From positions 9,641 to 73,640 of IMG/VR virus record IMGVR_UViG_3300028534_000023: 64,000 bases of DNA, one strand, 5' to 3'. The DNA comes from a virus (taxonomy: Duplodnaviria > Caudoviricetes). Numbering within the stretch: position 1 is the stretch's first letter; each line of letters opens with the position of its first letter. This document shows positions 47,806 to 58,200 of the stretch, piece after piece. A program made the translations under genes and the position numbers. The notes below the pieces were generated by a model. The model made no database searches and was not told where the DNA came from. It saw only the letters and a list, made by a program, of their open reading frames with translations.

Positions 47806-49584
47806 TTGATGTATTTAGAGATAGACCTATACACTCCTAAACTTAATGAATACACTAGAGCTCTTAAAGTTAAAAACACTGTATTAAAATACTTTCCTAA
47901 AAAAGTACTAGATAATGGAGATACTGTGTTTGACAAACTTTATGTGTGGAAAGGGTATGTACCTGACGATACTGGAAGTAAAGAGTTGTATAAGTTGTTT
48001 GGAACATCTGTAGATGAACTAAAGTCTAATAACTGGGACCATGTAGAATCTGCTTGGATGTATTTTAAACCATTCCATTTAGAATCTCCTACTCTGTCTA
48101 CGTACAATGTAAATAATTTTATAGATACCAATATAGATACTGAACAAGAATATAAAGTAAAACTTCTATATACACAAGAGTTTATGACAGATCAAGTATC
48201 ATCAGTAAATATATCAGACGAAGAAATACTAAAAATGTGCTCTTCTGGTTATACATCTAGCACATTATTCAATACTACTGTAAACCCATTTAAGTCTGGT
48301 ATGATTTCTTTTGATAAAGAGGTATCTGCTTGTATTTTTATAGCATTGTTAGATTTGAATAATGATATGTTTGACACGTCGTTTAGTATTCTTAGTAGAA
48401 CAGTCACCGAAACAAGTAATAGACAAGCAAAACTAGGTAGAGGCAACTATAGACCTAACATGCCAAACTCTGTAACACATACAGTGAAAGCTTCTGTTAT
48501 TTTTAAATTTAGAATAAAAAATACTTCAAATAACGATAAGTTCTTGTCAAACGTAATAGATATATCATTAACTGCATATAATGACAAATTTGACTTCGGT
48601 GCTCAATGTTCTAATTTAGTGCACAAATTTAACCCAGTTACTGATGATGAACTACTTACTGAATACAGTAGCTCTCCTATATTTTCTACAAGTTCTGATT
48701 CGTCTACCTATATAAGGTATGACGCTGCTAAAGAACTAAAACCACAAGACTTTTCCAGTATGGTACTCAATAGTTTAGATACTGATTTTGAACAAGAATC
48801 TTGTCATGGGTTTAAATGTGCTTTAGGTGCTTTACTTATGATAATAGTCATTGTAGTATCTGTAGTACTTGCTGCCCCAACTGGAGGAGCTTCGTTAGCT
48901 AGCATACCTGCAGCAGCAGCATTCTTTGGTATGCTATCTCTGTATCTTACAGTAGGAATACTTGCATTATCTTTAACTGCTAAGTGGTTGTCAAACCACG
49001 GTGAATATCAGATAGCTATAAGCTTCGGTAATAGTATAGTAGTGTTAAACAAGCTCGCTCAAATTACTGGAATACTTGCAATGGTTACTGGAGTATACGC
49101 TACTATAAAAACACTAACCGACAAAGTCATTCAGCTTGCTACTGAACGTGCGTTAAATACTGAAGGTATTACTGTCTCAAATGCAGTTGTACAAGGTCAG
49201 GTGACAGCAGTAGATGCTGTAGTTAAACCTACCATAGTAAACTATACTGAAGCAGTTGTAGAACTATCTGTAGATTCTATTACATCCGTTTTTAGTAATT
49301 TTAGTTCTAATCCGTTAGCTGCTATAAATAGAATTACCGATATTGTTAATTACGGATTTAATATATACACTAAATATATAAACCCTACAAATAATATTCC
49401 AGCAGGGTCTACAGAAGATTCGCAGGTTCTTGATACTAGTTCTACTTTTGAAATAGAGTTTAGACAAAAATTTAACGATGATTACATATACGCAGAACTC
49501 ACTGACCAAATAGATATACAAATAGACAATATGTCTACACCTGGAGTTATTAGAAGTACACTTGATAGATACTTTAAAGCCTAA
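47806..49584 (+). CDS. Virion protein with several TM helices (N4 gp53 position; putative ejection protein)
   Basis: Long hydrophobic stretch CALGALLMIIVIVVSVVLAAPTGG...ILALSLTAKW. Confidence 0.7.
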   Translation: MMYLEIDLYTPKLNEYTRALKVKNTVLKYFPKKVLDNGDTVFDKLYVWKGYVPDDTGSKELYKLFGTSVDELKSNNWDHVESAWMYFKPFHLESPTLSTYNVNNFIDTNIDTEQEYKVKLLYTQEFMTDQVSSVNISDEEILKMCSSGYTSSTLFNTTVNPFKSGMISFDKEVSACIFIALLDLNNDMFDTSFSILSRTVTETSNRQAKLGRGNYRPNMPNSVTHTVKASVIFKFRIKNTSNNDKFLSNVIDISLTAYNDKFDFGAQCSNLVHKFNPVTDDELLTEYSSSPIFSTSSDSSTYIRYDAAKELKPQDFSSMVLNSLDTDFEQESCHGFKCALGALLMIIVIVVSVVLAAPTGGASLASIPAAAAFFGMLSLYLTVGILALSLTAKWLSNHGEYQIAISFGNSIVVLNKLAQITGILAMVTGVYATIKTLTDKVIQLATERALNTEGITVSNAVVQGQVTAVDAVVKPTIVNYTEAVVELSVDSITSVFSNFSSNPLAAINRITDIVNYGFNIYTKYINPTNNIPAGSTEDSQVLDTSSTFEIEFRQKFNDDYIYAELTDQIDIQIDNMSTPGVIRSTLDRYFKA

Positions 49585-49585
49585 C

Positions 49586-49616
49586 GTTTCAATAATTATG
49601 TTATAATTATTGAAAC
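49586..49616. repeat. Perfect 14-bp inverted repeat with 3-nt loop overlapping the extended -10 TGTTATAAT (49599-49607)
   Basis: gtttcaataattat-gtt-ataattattgaaac. Confidence 0.85.
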
Positions 49617-49642
49617 AATACACTATTTATGAGGTGCTTATT

Positions 49643-50092
49643 ATGCAAAACCCTTACAGTAACCTATATAAAGTCGATCCACTTACAGGGTTCAATACTC
49701 CTAAGACTGATTATGACAATTTTGTAGACGGCGTAAACAATGAATTAGATTTATACGATAAAGGTATTCCTACAGTAAAAAACGCCAGCAACTTACACAG
49801 TGGTACTCAACTAAGTTTAGATGATTTAGATTTCAGTGTTAATGGACTTGGTGGCACATTACTAGGTGTTGGACAACTCGGTCTTGGAGTAGCCAGTTAT
49901 TTGAACAGTAAGAAAACTGCTGACGCTCAACGTAATCTCATGCAGCAGCAATACGACACTAATAAATATGCTTTGGACAAAACTAAAGCAGATAATCAAC
50001 ACTTATTGGAAGTATTCAATCCGTCACAAGCAAAACAGTCGAGCAATGGTATAGTTGCTACTGGTGGTCTTGCTTCTATGTTATCAAAATAA
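49643..50092 (+). CDS. Putative ejection protein (N4 gp52 position)
   Basis: Gly-rich hydrophobic segment GLGGTLLGVGQLGLGVA followed by a Q-rich coil; GAGGT RBS before the ATG at 49643. Confidence 0.65.
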   Translation: MQNPYSNLYKVDPLTGFNTPKTDYDNFVDGVNNELDLYDKGIPTVKNASNLHSGTQLSLDDLDFSVNGLGGTLLGVGQLGLGVASYLNSKKTADAQRNLMQQQYDTNKYALDKTKADNQHLLEVFNPSQAKQSSNGIVATGGLASMLSK

Positions 50093-50105
50093 AAGGTTTA
50101 TCGCT

Positions 50106-51344
50106 ATGGCAACACCAAGATTTAATTTTAATACACAGCGAGTAGAAGACCCTACTAAAGGTGCTACTGCAGCGTTAGGAAATATCGCTGCAGTTATGAA
50201 AGCAGCTAACGATAGTACATTAAAACAGCGAGAGGCTGATAATTCTGATATGTTACTTGCTTCAAACATTGCTTACACTGATAGTAAAAATAGTAGAGAA
50301 CAGCAATTATTCGATCTAAAAATGAAAGAAGCTGCAGACAATGCTGACAGACAAGTAAAAAAGGACACTGCAAATGATGCAGTATTACAGCTTTATGCTA
50401 AATTCAACCCAAATAATATAGGAAGTAGTAAAGGTCTTGAAAAAGTTAGCGACAGAATATCTGCATTTTATAACAAAGGTGTCAACAAAGCTGAACAAAG
50501 AATAGCAGAGCTTGGGTTAAACGCTGATAACGGAGATGGAGATGCTATAGCAAAAATTTACCGTGAGTCTATATGGGGAGACGGGACTACAGAAGCCGAA
50601 GCATCTACAAAAAGGCAACAACTGCAAAAAATTTATGACTCTAACACACTAGGTAAGAATGAAGCGTCTGCATACATTAGAGAAATGCTAGCATCAGCTG
50701 GCGCTGGTCCAAATGTTATAAACACTACTATCAGAGATCTCGCTGCAGGGTTACATGATTACGACAAAGAAGATTCATTAACTGCAGATAGAGTAAACAA
50801 ACAAAACGATAAACTAGCAAAGTTGGCTTTAGATGTAGCTAAAGTTAATATGACTGCTGCAAATAAACGTGGTAATATACTAGCTAAAAAGAAAAGATCT
50901 GGTGTAAGCAATTCAATAAAAACATCAGACTACCAGAAAATATTTAAAACTCTTAACGATGATAGATACAGACTATCTGAAGATGCTACATCTACTCTAA
51001 AAAATCAGCTACTTAAAATGCAAGCTGCTGGGGTACCTTCGTACGAAGTCTCATCATTGCTAGAAGGTGTAATAAAACCTGGAAAAGAAGGAGTTTTATT
51101 TGATGATGCAGGTGGGTATCAGACAAAAACATTTTCATCTTATGCTAAACATCTTATAAATAAATACGGAAGTAATAGAGGCAGATCTTCTAACGTTCAC
51201 GTACCTGTAGTTCGTACACTAAACCCTGCAAACTTTATGCCTAAACATGTTACTAGTACTGACATCGCAGACGCTCGTAATACTGGCACAGAAGCTCGTG
51301 GTAACATGCTACTTGACATGATTCTGCGTAGAAAAAATAAGTAG
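50106..51344 (+). CDS. Putative ejection protein (N4 gp51 position)
   Basis: Helical ~412-aa protein; likely start MATPRF at 50106; directly upstream of the vRNAP locus. Confidence 0.65.
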   Translation: MATPRFNFNTQRVEDPTKGATAALGNIAAVMKAANDSTLKQREADNSDMLLASNIAYTDSKNSREQQLFDLKMKEAADNADRQVKKDTANDAVLQLYAKFNPNNIGSSKGLEKVSDRISAFYNKGVNKAEQRIAELGLNADNGDGDAIAKIYRESIWGDGTTEAEASTKRQQLQKIYDSNTLGKNEASAYIREMLASAGAGPNVINTTIRDLAAGLHDYDKEDSLTADRVNKQNDKLAKLALDVAKVNMTAANKRGNILAKKKRSGVSNSIKTSDYQKIFKTLNDDRYRLSEDATSTLKNQLLKMQAAGVPSYEVSSLLEGVIKPGKEGVLFDDAGGYQTKTFSSYAKHLINKYGSNRGRSSNVHVPVVRTLNPANFMPKHVTSTDIADARNTGTEARGNMLLDMILRRKNK

Positions 51345-51360
51345 CTTACAAGGATATACC

Positions 51361-54300
51361 ATGGAGTACGATATTTCACAAGCAGGTTCTGCTGCTGTAG
51401 ACAATTTTACTACTGCTGTAGAAAATGATTATTCGTCTTCTGCAACAGAAGAATACAAAACAAATAAATTGTCTTCTGTTGCGCAAGATAAAGTATCAAG
51501 ACTTTCTGGCAGATCTGTCGCACCTGACATATCTCCAGAAGCTGCATACGCTTTAAGCTCGTTTGACGAAGTACCAGAAGGTACATCTTTTTCTGATGAC
51601 TACTCTTCTAACCTATCTGCACTCACTAATACTGTAAGGGGTGGTGTTGGAGCATTTGCAAGTACAGTAGTAAATCTTCCATTGCAGTTAGCTTCTACAT
51701 TAGAATCTGCTGCTACTTACGGATCGTCTAAATACTTATATGGAAAATCTGATGAAGATGCTTACAAAGATGCGCAAGTCGCTAGTTTTTATTCTGCTGA
51801 TACAGCTAACGATCTTACACATATGTTACAAGGAGAGCAATTTACTAGACACCATGCTGCTAAACAATCCGAGTTTGACAAGACATTCAAAGAGTCTGGG
51901 CTATCCGATTTTGACATTTTTAACCCATCAGAATCGTTAGATAAATTAGACGGAGGTAAGGTAGTAGATACTGTAAAAACTGCCTTTAGTGATGTAGATT
52001 CTACTGTGGATTCTTTAGGACATGTTGCAGGGTTTTTACTAGGTATACCTGAAAAAGGTTTAAGATACTTAATGTCATCATCTGTTGGAAAAGTCACAGC
52101 TCACCAAGCTGCTAAAAAAGAATTGTCTAAACTCATTGATAAAGCTGCAAAAACAGAAACTAAAATAAGTACTGGTTCAATCAGTAAAAGTGATGTCCTT
52201 AACAAGGGTATTGTCATAAACTCTATAGATGATTTAAGTAAAGCAGCTAAAGCTAAATATATCACATTCGCAAACCCGTCTGTAGAAAAAGAGGTTACTA
52301 AACAATTAGCCAAGTCTACAAGAGTTTTAGATAATGTAGGTACAGGTTTAAAAACTAGGGCTTGGATTCTTAATAATTCAAACAACCTAGCACTAGCTTC
52401 TGATATGTCTTTACAAGATCTTGATGAATACCAGAAAAAATATGGTGACATGCCTACACTCACACACGCTTTACTTGGTTACGGCGCTAACTTTGTAGGA
52501 GCTAAGTTAGAGCTATGGAGTGATAAACTTGCTTTAGCAGGTACTCCACAAGGAGTATCAGAACTTGTTGCAGGTATGGGTAAAACGAAGGCTAAAAAAT
52601 TCGTAACAGGGCTTGTTGCAGGTAGTCTTAGCATGCTTGAAGGTGGTATAGCTGAATTTCCTGCAGAATTTGTACAAAGTGCTATACAGAGTTTTGACTC
52701 TAGCTATAAAGACGAAAGTACTTTTACAGAAAGCGTAAAAAAGGCATTTAACGACGGTTTAAAAGGTTCTATATATGGACTATCTTCAGGTGTACATATG
52801 TCTACACCTAGAGCATCTATTAAACCATTTACTAACATGATAAATAGTGGTACATCAAATACGTATGATGCTGTAAATACTATAACTTCCGACAACGGAG
52901 TTTCACTTAAGCAGTCAATAGCCAACGAGACAGGTGTCCCTGCAGAAGACCATAATGTAGTTATAAATAGTATTGAAACTGCTATGAATACTGCTGACAC
53001 ACCTGTCAACGAACTGTTTACGCCAGATGAACTTAAAGCAAATCGAAATCTTGTTGATAACTATGTGCTTACTCTAGGAGATGAAGTAAAGCGCATAGAC
53101 TCTATTATTAGTGATGACAACAACGAGCTTACAGAAGAAGATAAAACCAATCTACTAAGTAAAAGAAACGATTACAGTGCAGGTATTGCCAAATTTATGG
53201 AAATGCGCGAATACCTAGAAGATCCAGATACAGGATATACGTTAAATAGTAGACCTGTCAGCTCTATAGAAAAAGATCTAATGTCAGTATCTGAGCAGTT
53301 GAAAGAAAGTCCATCAGACAACAAACTTAACAAGCTTAAAAGATACCTTGAAATCGAGAAATATGTTGCAGAACACCCTGCTGTAAAATCTACAGGTGTA
53401 ATTGGAGATAGTGGCGTAGATACTGTAGGAGATGACATAAAGTCTAGTATTAACACTACTCGTATTCAAGGATTGTTTGGTGGGTACACTGATGACGGAT
53501 ACCGTACAGGTATTATGCATATGATTAAACCGTTGCTTAATCAAGATAATACAAAAGAGCAAACTACAGCAGCTGTAAACAATATAAATAGATTTATAGG
53601 ATCACAAGTAGCTAAATACGATGCTCTTATTAAGTCTAAAGATAAGTACGAGTCTAATGGGAATGTCCCTGTAAAGGTAAACTATAAAACACCAAAAGGT
53701 ACTGTACATAACGTCGTATACAACGGAAAACAGTCTGATAGTTTTTTAAAAAATATAAAAACAGATATAGATTTATACAACAACATACTTGAGATGGCGT
53801 TAGGCAAGCCTTCTAGCAATGGCATAGATAATAATACACGTACCAGTAGTACAGTACAAGCTACTAAATCAGTTGACAATTATGACAGTATACCAGATAA
53901 TGAGAAAAATTCTATAAAACAGCTTTTGACTGAATCAGCTAACAACAACTCTTCATTATCGTTAAACAGTTTACTTACAAAATCAGCTGTGCATAGAAAA
54001 TACACCAGAGAGCTAGCTAACAAACTTGGCATTAAGCTAAGTGTACGTGACGGTTCTATATTTGTGAATACAGAAAAACCTACGTCTGGTAATACTGCAA
54101 CTAAACCTGCTAATAATATTGTACAAAACAGTAGTAAAGACAAACCTAAGTCTGTTACAGACAAAATAAGTACTTCCAATGTACAGTCATCCAATAAATT
54201 ATCATCTCATGACGCTAAAGCAATTGAACAAGTTATTGATAACTTACTTAACGGTGGAGAAGATGTAGACGTAAAAAACAGCATAGTAGCAAAGACAAAA

Positions 54301-55269
54301 TTACATAAAAATTATACAAAAAAAGTCGCTGATAAACGTGGTATAAAACTTTTTATTAATAAAGGTAAACTAAAAGCAAGGAATGGTGGTAAGCATGAAA
54401 CCTCAAATAAAGGCATTAAAAGAAAGACTAAAGAAGGTACAACAAATGAAAAAAGAAGGAAATCAGTTACTGTCAAAGACGAAAGTAGCTATGAAAAAGA
54501 TTCATTAAACAATGCCGTAACTCGTAGTAACAATTTATTGAATCTAAACATGTCTACACAAGAATTGATTGATGTTTTAATTGATGAATCTTATACGCAG
54601 TCAAACCTAGTTGAAAGTGCTAGAGTAATTGAAATAACTGCTAATAAACTACTTGATACTGATAACAGTATATCAATTGATGAAAAAACGCAGCTAAATT
54701 TACTAGTAGATTTAGCTAATGAGCTTATTTCATTACACAATGTAAAAAAAGAGCTAACTGCTTCTGCAAATAAACTCAACAATGTGCGTAACTTTTATGT
54801 AAAACTTCATCTAAATAACATCAATAAATGGCTTAATAAGTATACTGACACTTATAAAAAACTATCTACAAGTAGTAAAAGAAAAGCTACAAAAACATTT
54901 AATACGCTTGCAGGTAGTAGGATAGTTTCTTCAGGCAGGTTAAAAAATACCAAGAACAAAGATGCTGTACTGCTTGGTGACATAACAGACAATAAAGAAC
55001 TGTTTAATACTGCCATGCAATTATCTGGTAATGAATATTTTAACCTTGTATCTGATACTGAATCATACAGTAAAAGAAAATCTAGCATAGAAAGTCGCAT
55101 TAAACGATTTAGGAATGAGGCATCGTTTTATAGTAGTAAACGTAATAAACAAGTAGCAAATCTTACTTCTGTAAAAGATAGTGTAGCTAGTAAGGACCTT
55201 GTTGATAAGTATAACGTATCTACCGATACACTAGAGTCTTTACACGAATTTTTAGGGGGTTGTAAATAG
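51361..55269 (+). CDS. vRNAP locus part 1: large virion/ejection protein without polymerase motifs
   Basis: 1302 aa with amphipathic/hydrophobic N-terminal segments; abuts the RNAP ORF in the same frame. Confidence 0.75.
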   Translation: MEYDISQAGSAAVDNFTTAVENDYSSSATEEYKTNKLSSVAQDKVSRLSGRSVAPDISPEAAYALSSFDEVPEGTSFSDDYSSNLSALTNTVRGGVGAFASTVVNLPLQLASTLESAATYGSSKYLYGKSDEDAYKDAQVASFYSADTANDLTHMLQGEQFTRHHAAKQSEFDKTFKESGLSDFDIFNPSESLDKLDGGKVVDTVKTAFSDVDSTVDSLGHVAGFLLGIPEKGLRYLMSSSVGKVTAHQAAKKELSKLIDKAAKTETKISTGSISKSDVLNKGIVINSIDDLSKAAKAKYITFANPSVEKEVTKQLAKSTRVLDNVGTGLKTRAWILNNSNNLALASDMSLQDLDEYQKKYGDMPTLTHALLGYGANFVGAKLELWSDKLALAGTPQGVSELVAGMGKTKAKKFVTGLVAGSLSMLEGGIAEFPAEFVQSAIQSFDSSYKDESTFTESVKKAFNDGLKGSIYGLSSGVHMSTPRASIKPFTNMINSGTSNTYDAVNTITSDNGVSLKQSIANETGVPAEDHNVVINSIETAMNTADTPVNELFTPDELKANRNLVDNYVLTLGDEVKRIDSIISDDNNELTEEDKTNLLSKRNDYSAGIAKFMEMREYLEDPDTGYTLNSRPVSSIEKDLMSVSEQLKESPSDNKLNKLKRYLEIEKYVAEHPAVKSTGVIGDSGVDTVGDDIKSSINTTRIQGLFGGYTDDGYRTGIMHMIKPLLNQDNTKEQTTAAVNNINRFIGSQVAKYDALIKSKDKYESNGNVPVKVNYKTPKGTVHNVVYNGKQSDSFLKNIKTDIDLYNNILEMALGKPSSNGIDNNTRTSSTVQATKSVDNYDSIPDNEKNSIKQLLTESANNNSSLSLNSLLTKSAVHRKYTRELANKLGIKLSVRDGSIFVNTEKPTSGNTATKPANNIVQNSSKDKPKSVTDKISTSNVQSSNKLSSHDAKAIEQVIDNLLNGGEDVDVKNSIVAKTKLHKNYTKKVADKRGIKLFINKGKLKARNGGKHETSNKGIKRKTKEGTTNEKRRKSVTVKDESSYEKDSLNNAVTRSNNLLNLNMSTQELIDVLIDESYTQSNLVESARVIEITANKLLDTDNSISIDEKTQLNLLVDLANELISLHNVKKELTASANKLNNVRNFYVKLHLNNINKWLNKYTDTYKKLSTSSKRKATKTFNTLAGSRIVSSGRLKNTKNKDAVLLGDITDNKELFNTAMQLSGNEYFNLVSDTESYSKRKSSIESRIKRFRNEASFYSSKRNKQVANLTSVKDSVASKDLVDKYNVSTDTLESLHEFLGGCK

Positions 55270-58200
55270 ATGGGTAAATGTAATATGAAAGTATCCAATG
55301 AGGATATAGCAAAGTTTTTACAAAATAGGTATAAAAGTATTGACGCCAAAGATGTTACAGCTTTACATAAAGCAGTTGTCGATAATGTTTCACTATCTAC
55401 TCATTTTACTGCAAATCCAAACACAAGGTCTAATCTAAATAACGTAGATCACACAACAGACCCTCATATAAAGATAATATTTGACAATATCCATAGCCTT
55501 ATAAACAATATCTCTGTTAATGACAATTTTGATAAAACCTTTATAAATCCTTCTTCTGGGTATAGTGTAACTACTGGTTGGCAAAGTTTTATAACTACTA
55601 CGTTTACTGACGTAACATCGCTCGACAGCAATGGAAACAATATAAAACATAGACAGTTTGTTGATGTAAATATTCCTAAAGCTATTGCACTTGCTACAGC
55701 TAGTGTGCTTTCTGATTACGTAGTCCCACTACTACCTGGTAACAGAAGTGACGAAGCTGTACGAGCACTTACTTTCAAAGATAAAAAATCTTACATATCT
55801 CCATCATTACGTAAATCTGTTGGAAATTTTGACGCTCTATATAATCCAACAGTACAAGAAATAGGTATAAAAGCCTTTAAGCTACTAGGACTTAAACCTG
55901 CTGACAGTGATGTTTTTAATAACGATAACATAATGGAAACTTTTATAGCAGAACTAGGTATGATAGGGTTGCATTCAATCCCTGGATTTAGTGTAATGTA
56001 CCTGCGTGAAGTTGATAAAAATAACATGCTTACTAATGTAACGTTACTTAATCCAGACACTAAAGTTGTCATATTTCCTAAACAATATTATAAGAACGAC
56101 GACAGTGTTACTAATACTGTAAAAATAGTTTCTCAATACAACAATAAATTGCATGTCAATATAGGAGATAAGAACTCTGTATCTAGTATAAGGTCACAAA
56201 TGGAGCTTGCTACTCATACTGCTGAAGATAAGTATGGTATGTATAAATATCCTGTTACAGACTATAAAAACTTAAATATTAAAGGAGCTACGTCAGTAAT
56301 TGGTGACAATGAGGTTAGTACTGTACATAGAAATGCTTTAAAACGTCTAGGTACTACTGGAATGTATCATAAACCAGGATACGTAAAAGCCATAGAATCT
56401 CTCAACTCAATAGTATATGATGACGGTTCAACACATCTTACGAAGCTTCTTGGGTATATAGATCCATCTACAGTGATTAAAGGTCTTAAAGAAAAAGTCA
56501 ACGGCAAAAACAAAATGATAACTGATCTTGTTGACAATTACTTTGACGCCGTATCAGAATTTGGTGTAAATAATCCTATGTACGCTAAATTTGATATTGT
56601 TGCAAACGGAAGATTTTACTTAGACAGCAACAAGTTTAACTATCAAGATAAAAAACTACATCGTATGGGAGTATACGCAAAAACAACACCTGTCAACAGT
56701 GCTAATATAAATACTTTTAAAATTGCTATCGCACAGTCTTTTGGTGTTAAAACTGACAAAATGCTTCCATCTGACTCTATAAATAGTTACAAACGTATTT
56801 CCGATGATATACTAAATAACGTAACTGACGAATTATCTGATGTATATAATATTATTAAAGAAAGTGATGATAATACTACTATAGACAGTGTTAGAAATAC
56901 TGCAGAGTACGTTAACGCGTTAGTCTCTATTATAGATTATGTCACTAGTAAATATAATAAAGAAGATCCTGAACTTGCTATATCAGGTTCAGTAGAATTT
57001 TTAGATTATGTTATAAATACTGACATGTTAAACAGTTCTCACGAATCTTCAATAATGCCTGAAGGTGACGGTAAAACTTCTGGTAGAGGTATTAAACTTG
57101 TACTATTTCCATTGTTTGACACATTTGACGAATATGTTAAAGAACTTGAGCGAGTAGGTGTATACGTTGAAGGAAAATCTGGATTCAAAAACGTAGCTGA
57201 GTTTGAAACAGACAGCAGTACTTACGATGCTTATAACTATCCAGCCAAAATATTTACAGATACTTTAAAATCGTTTTCAAATATACCAGAAGCTTTAAAA
57301 GTACTCATAGATCCTGACTTCAATGGTGGTGTCATAAGCAGATCGTTCATGAAATCACCTGTAATGGTAGCTGATTATGGCGCTGGTATAAAAAGCATTG
57401 TAGACAATATCATACAGTCTGCAGAAATAAATTTTTATGACTTAGTTAACAATTACTACCAAGACACTGTTGACAATAGTATTGACAATACTACACTACC
57501 TATATACATAAAAGATAAACTGTTTTTATTTGCCGATACTCAACATAGTATTATAGATAGGCTTATGTCAGATCCGTCTAATTTTGAATTAACTTCTAAA
57601 GAACTGTCACGTCTTAAATCTTATATTATGTACAACTCTCCGTACCCTTTAAAAGATTCTAAAGGCAATATACTAAGTCCGTCTTCTGGTGCAGTTGAAT
57701 CTGCATACAAGGCTTTAGAGGTTACATTTGATAAATTTCTTGGTAAATATATTTCTCTTAATAATAACCTTAACAGTGCTATAGTTACTCAGTTTAAACT
57801 AGGAAAACTTTTGTTAGATAATAAACTACAAAAAAGATATAATTACTTAGTAAACAAATATGGCAGTGCTACACTAGTGCCACCAGTCACTAAAAAAGAA
57901 CTATACGGTATGATAGCTGACTTATCTGATGTATTTCCTGTAATCAATACAGCTTTAAATAAATCAGACGGTAACAAAGCAAGAATGTTGATAGCTTCAT
58001 TTGAAAAGGCGCGTAAAGGTTCTAAAGAATTGCTAGGAAACGTTTCTCCTACAGGTGCTATACGTATTGCAGGTAAAATGCATAACTCAGCTATAGAAGT
58101 ATATTCTTTAGTAGAGGCAGTTTCTTCTGGAATGGTTTTACCTGTACACTTTTTTGATTCTGGTGTTATAGCCCATCCACTATCCGTGTTTGATGGTATA

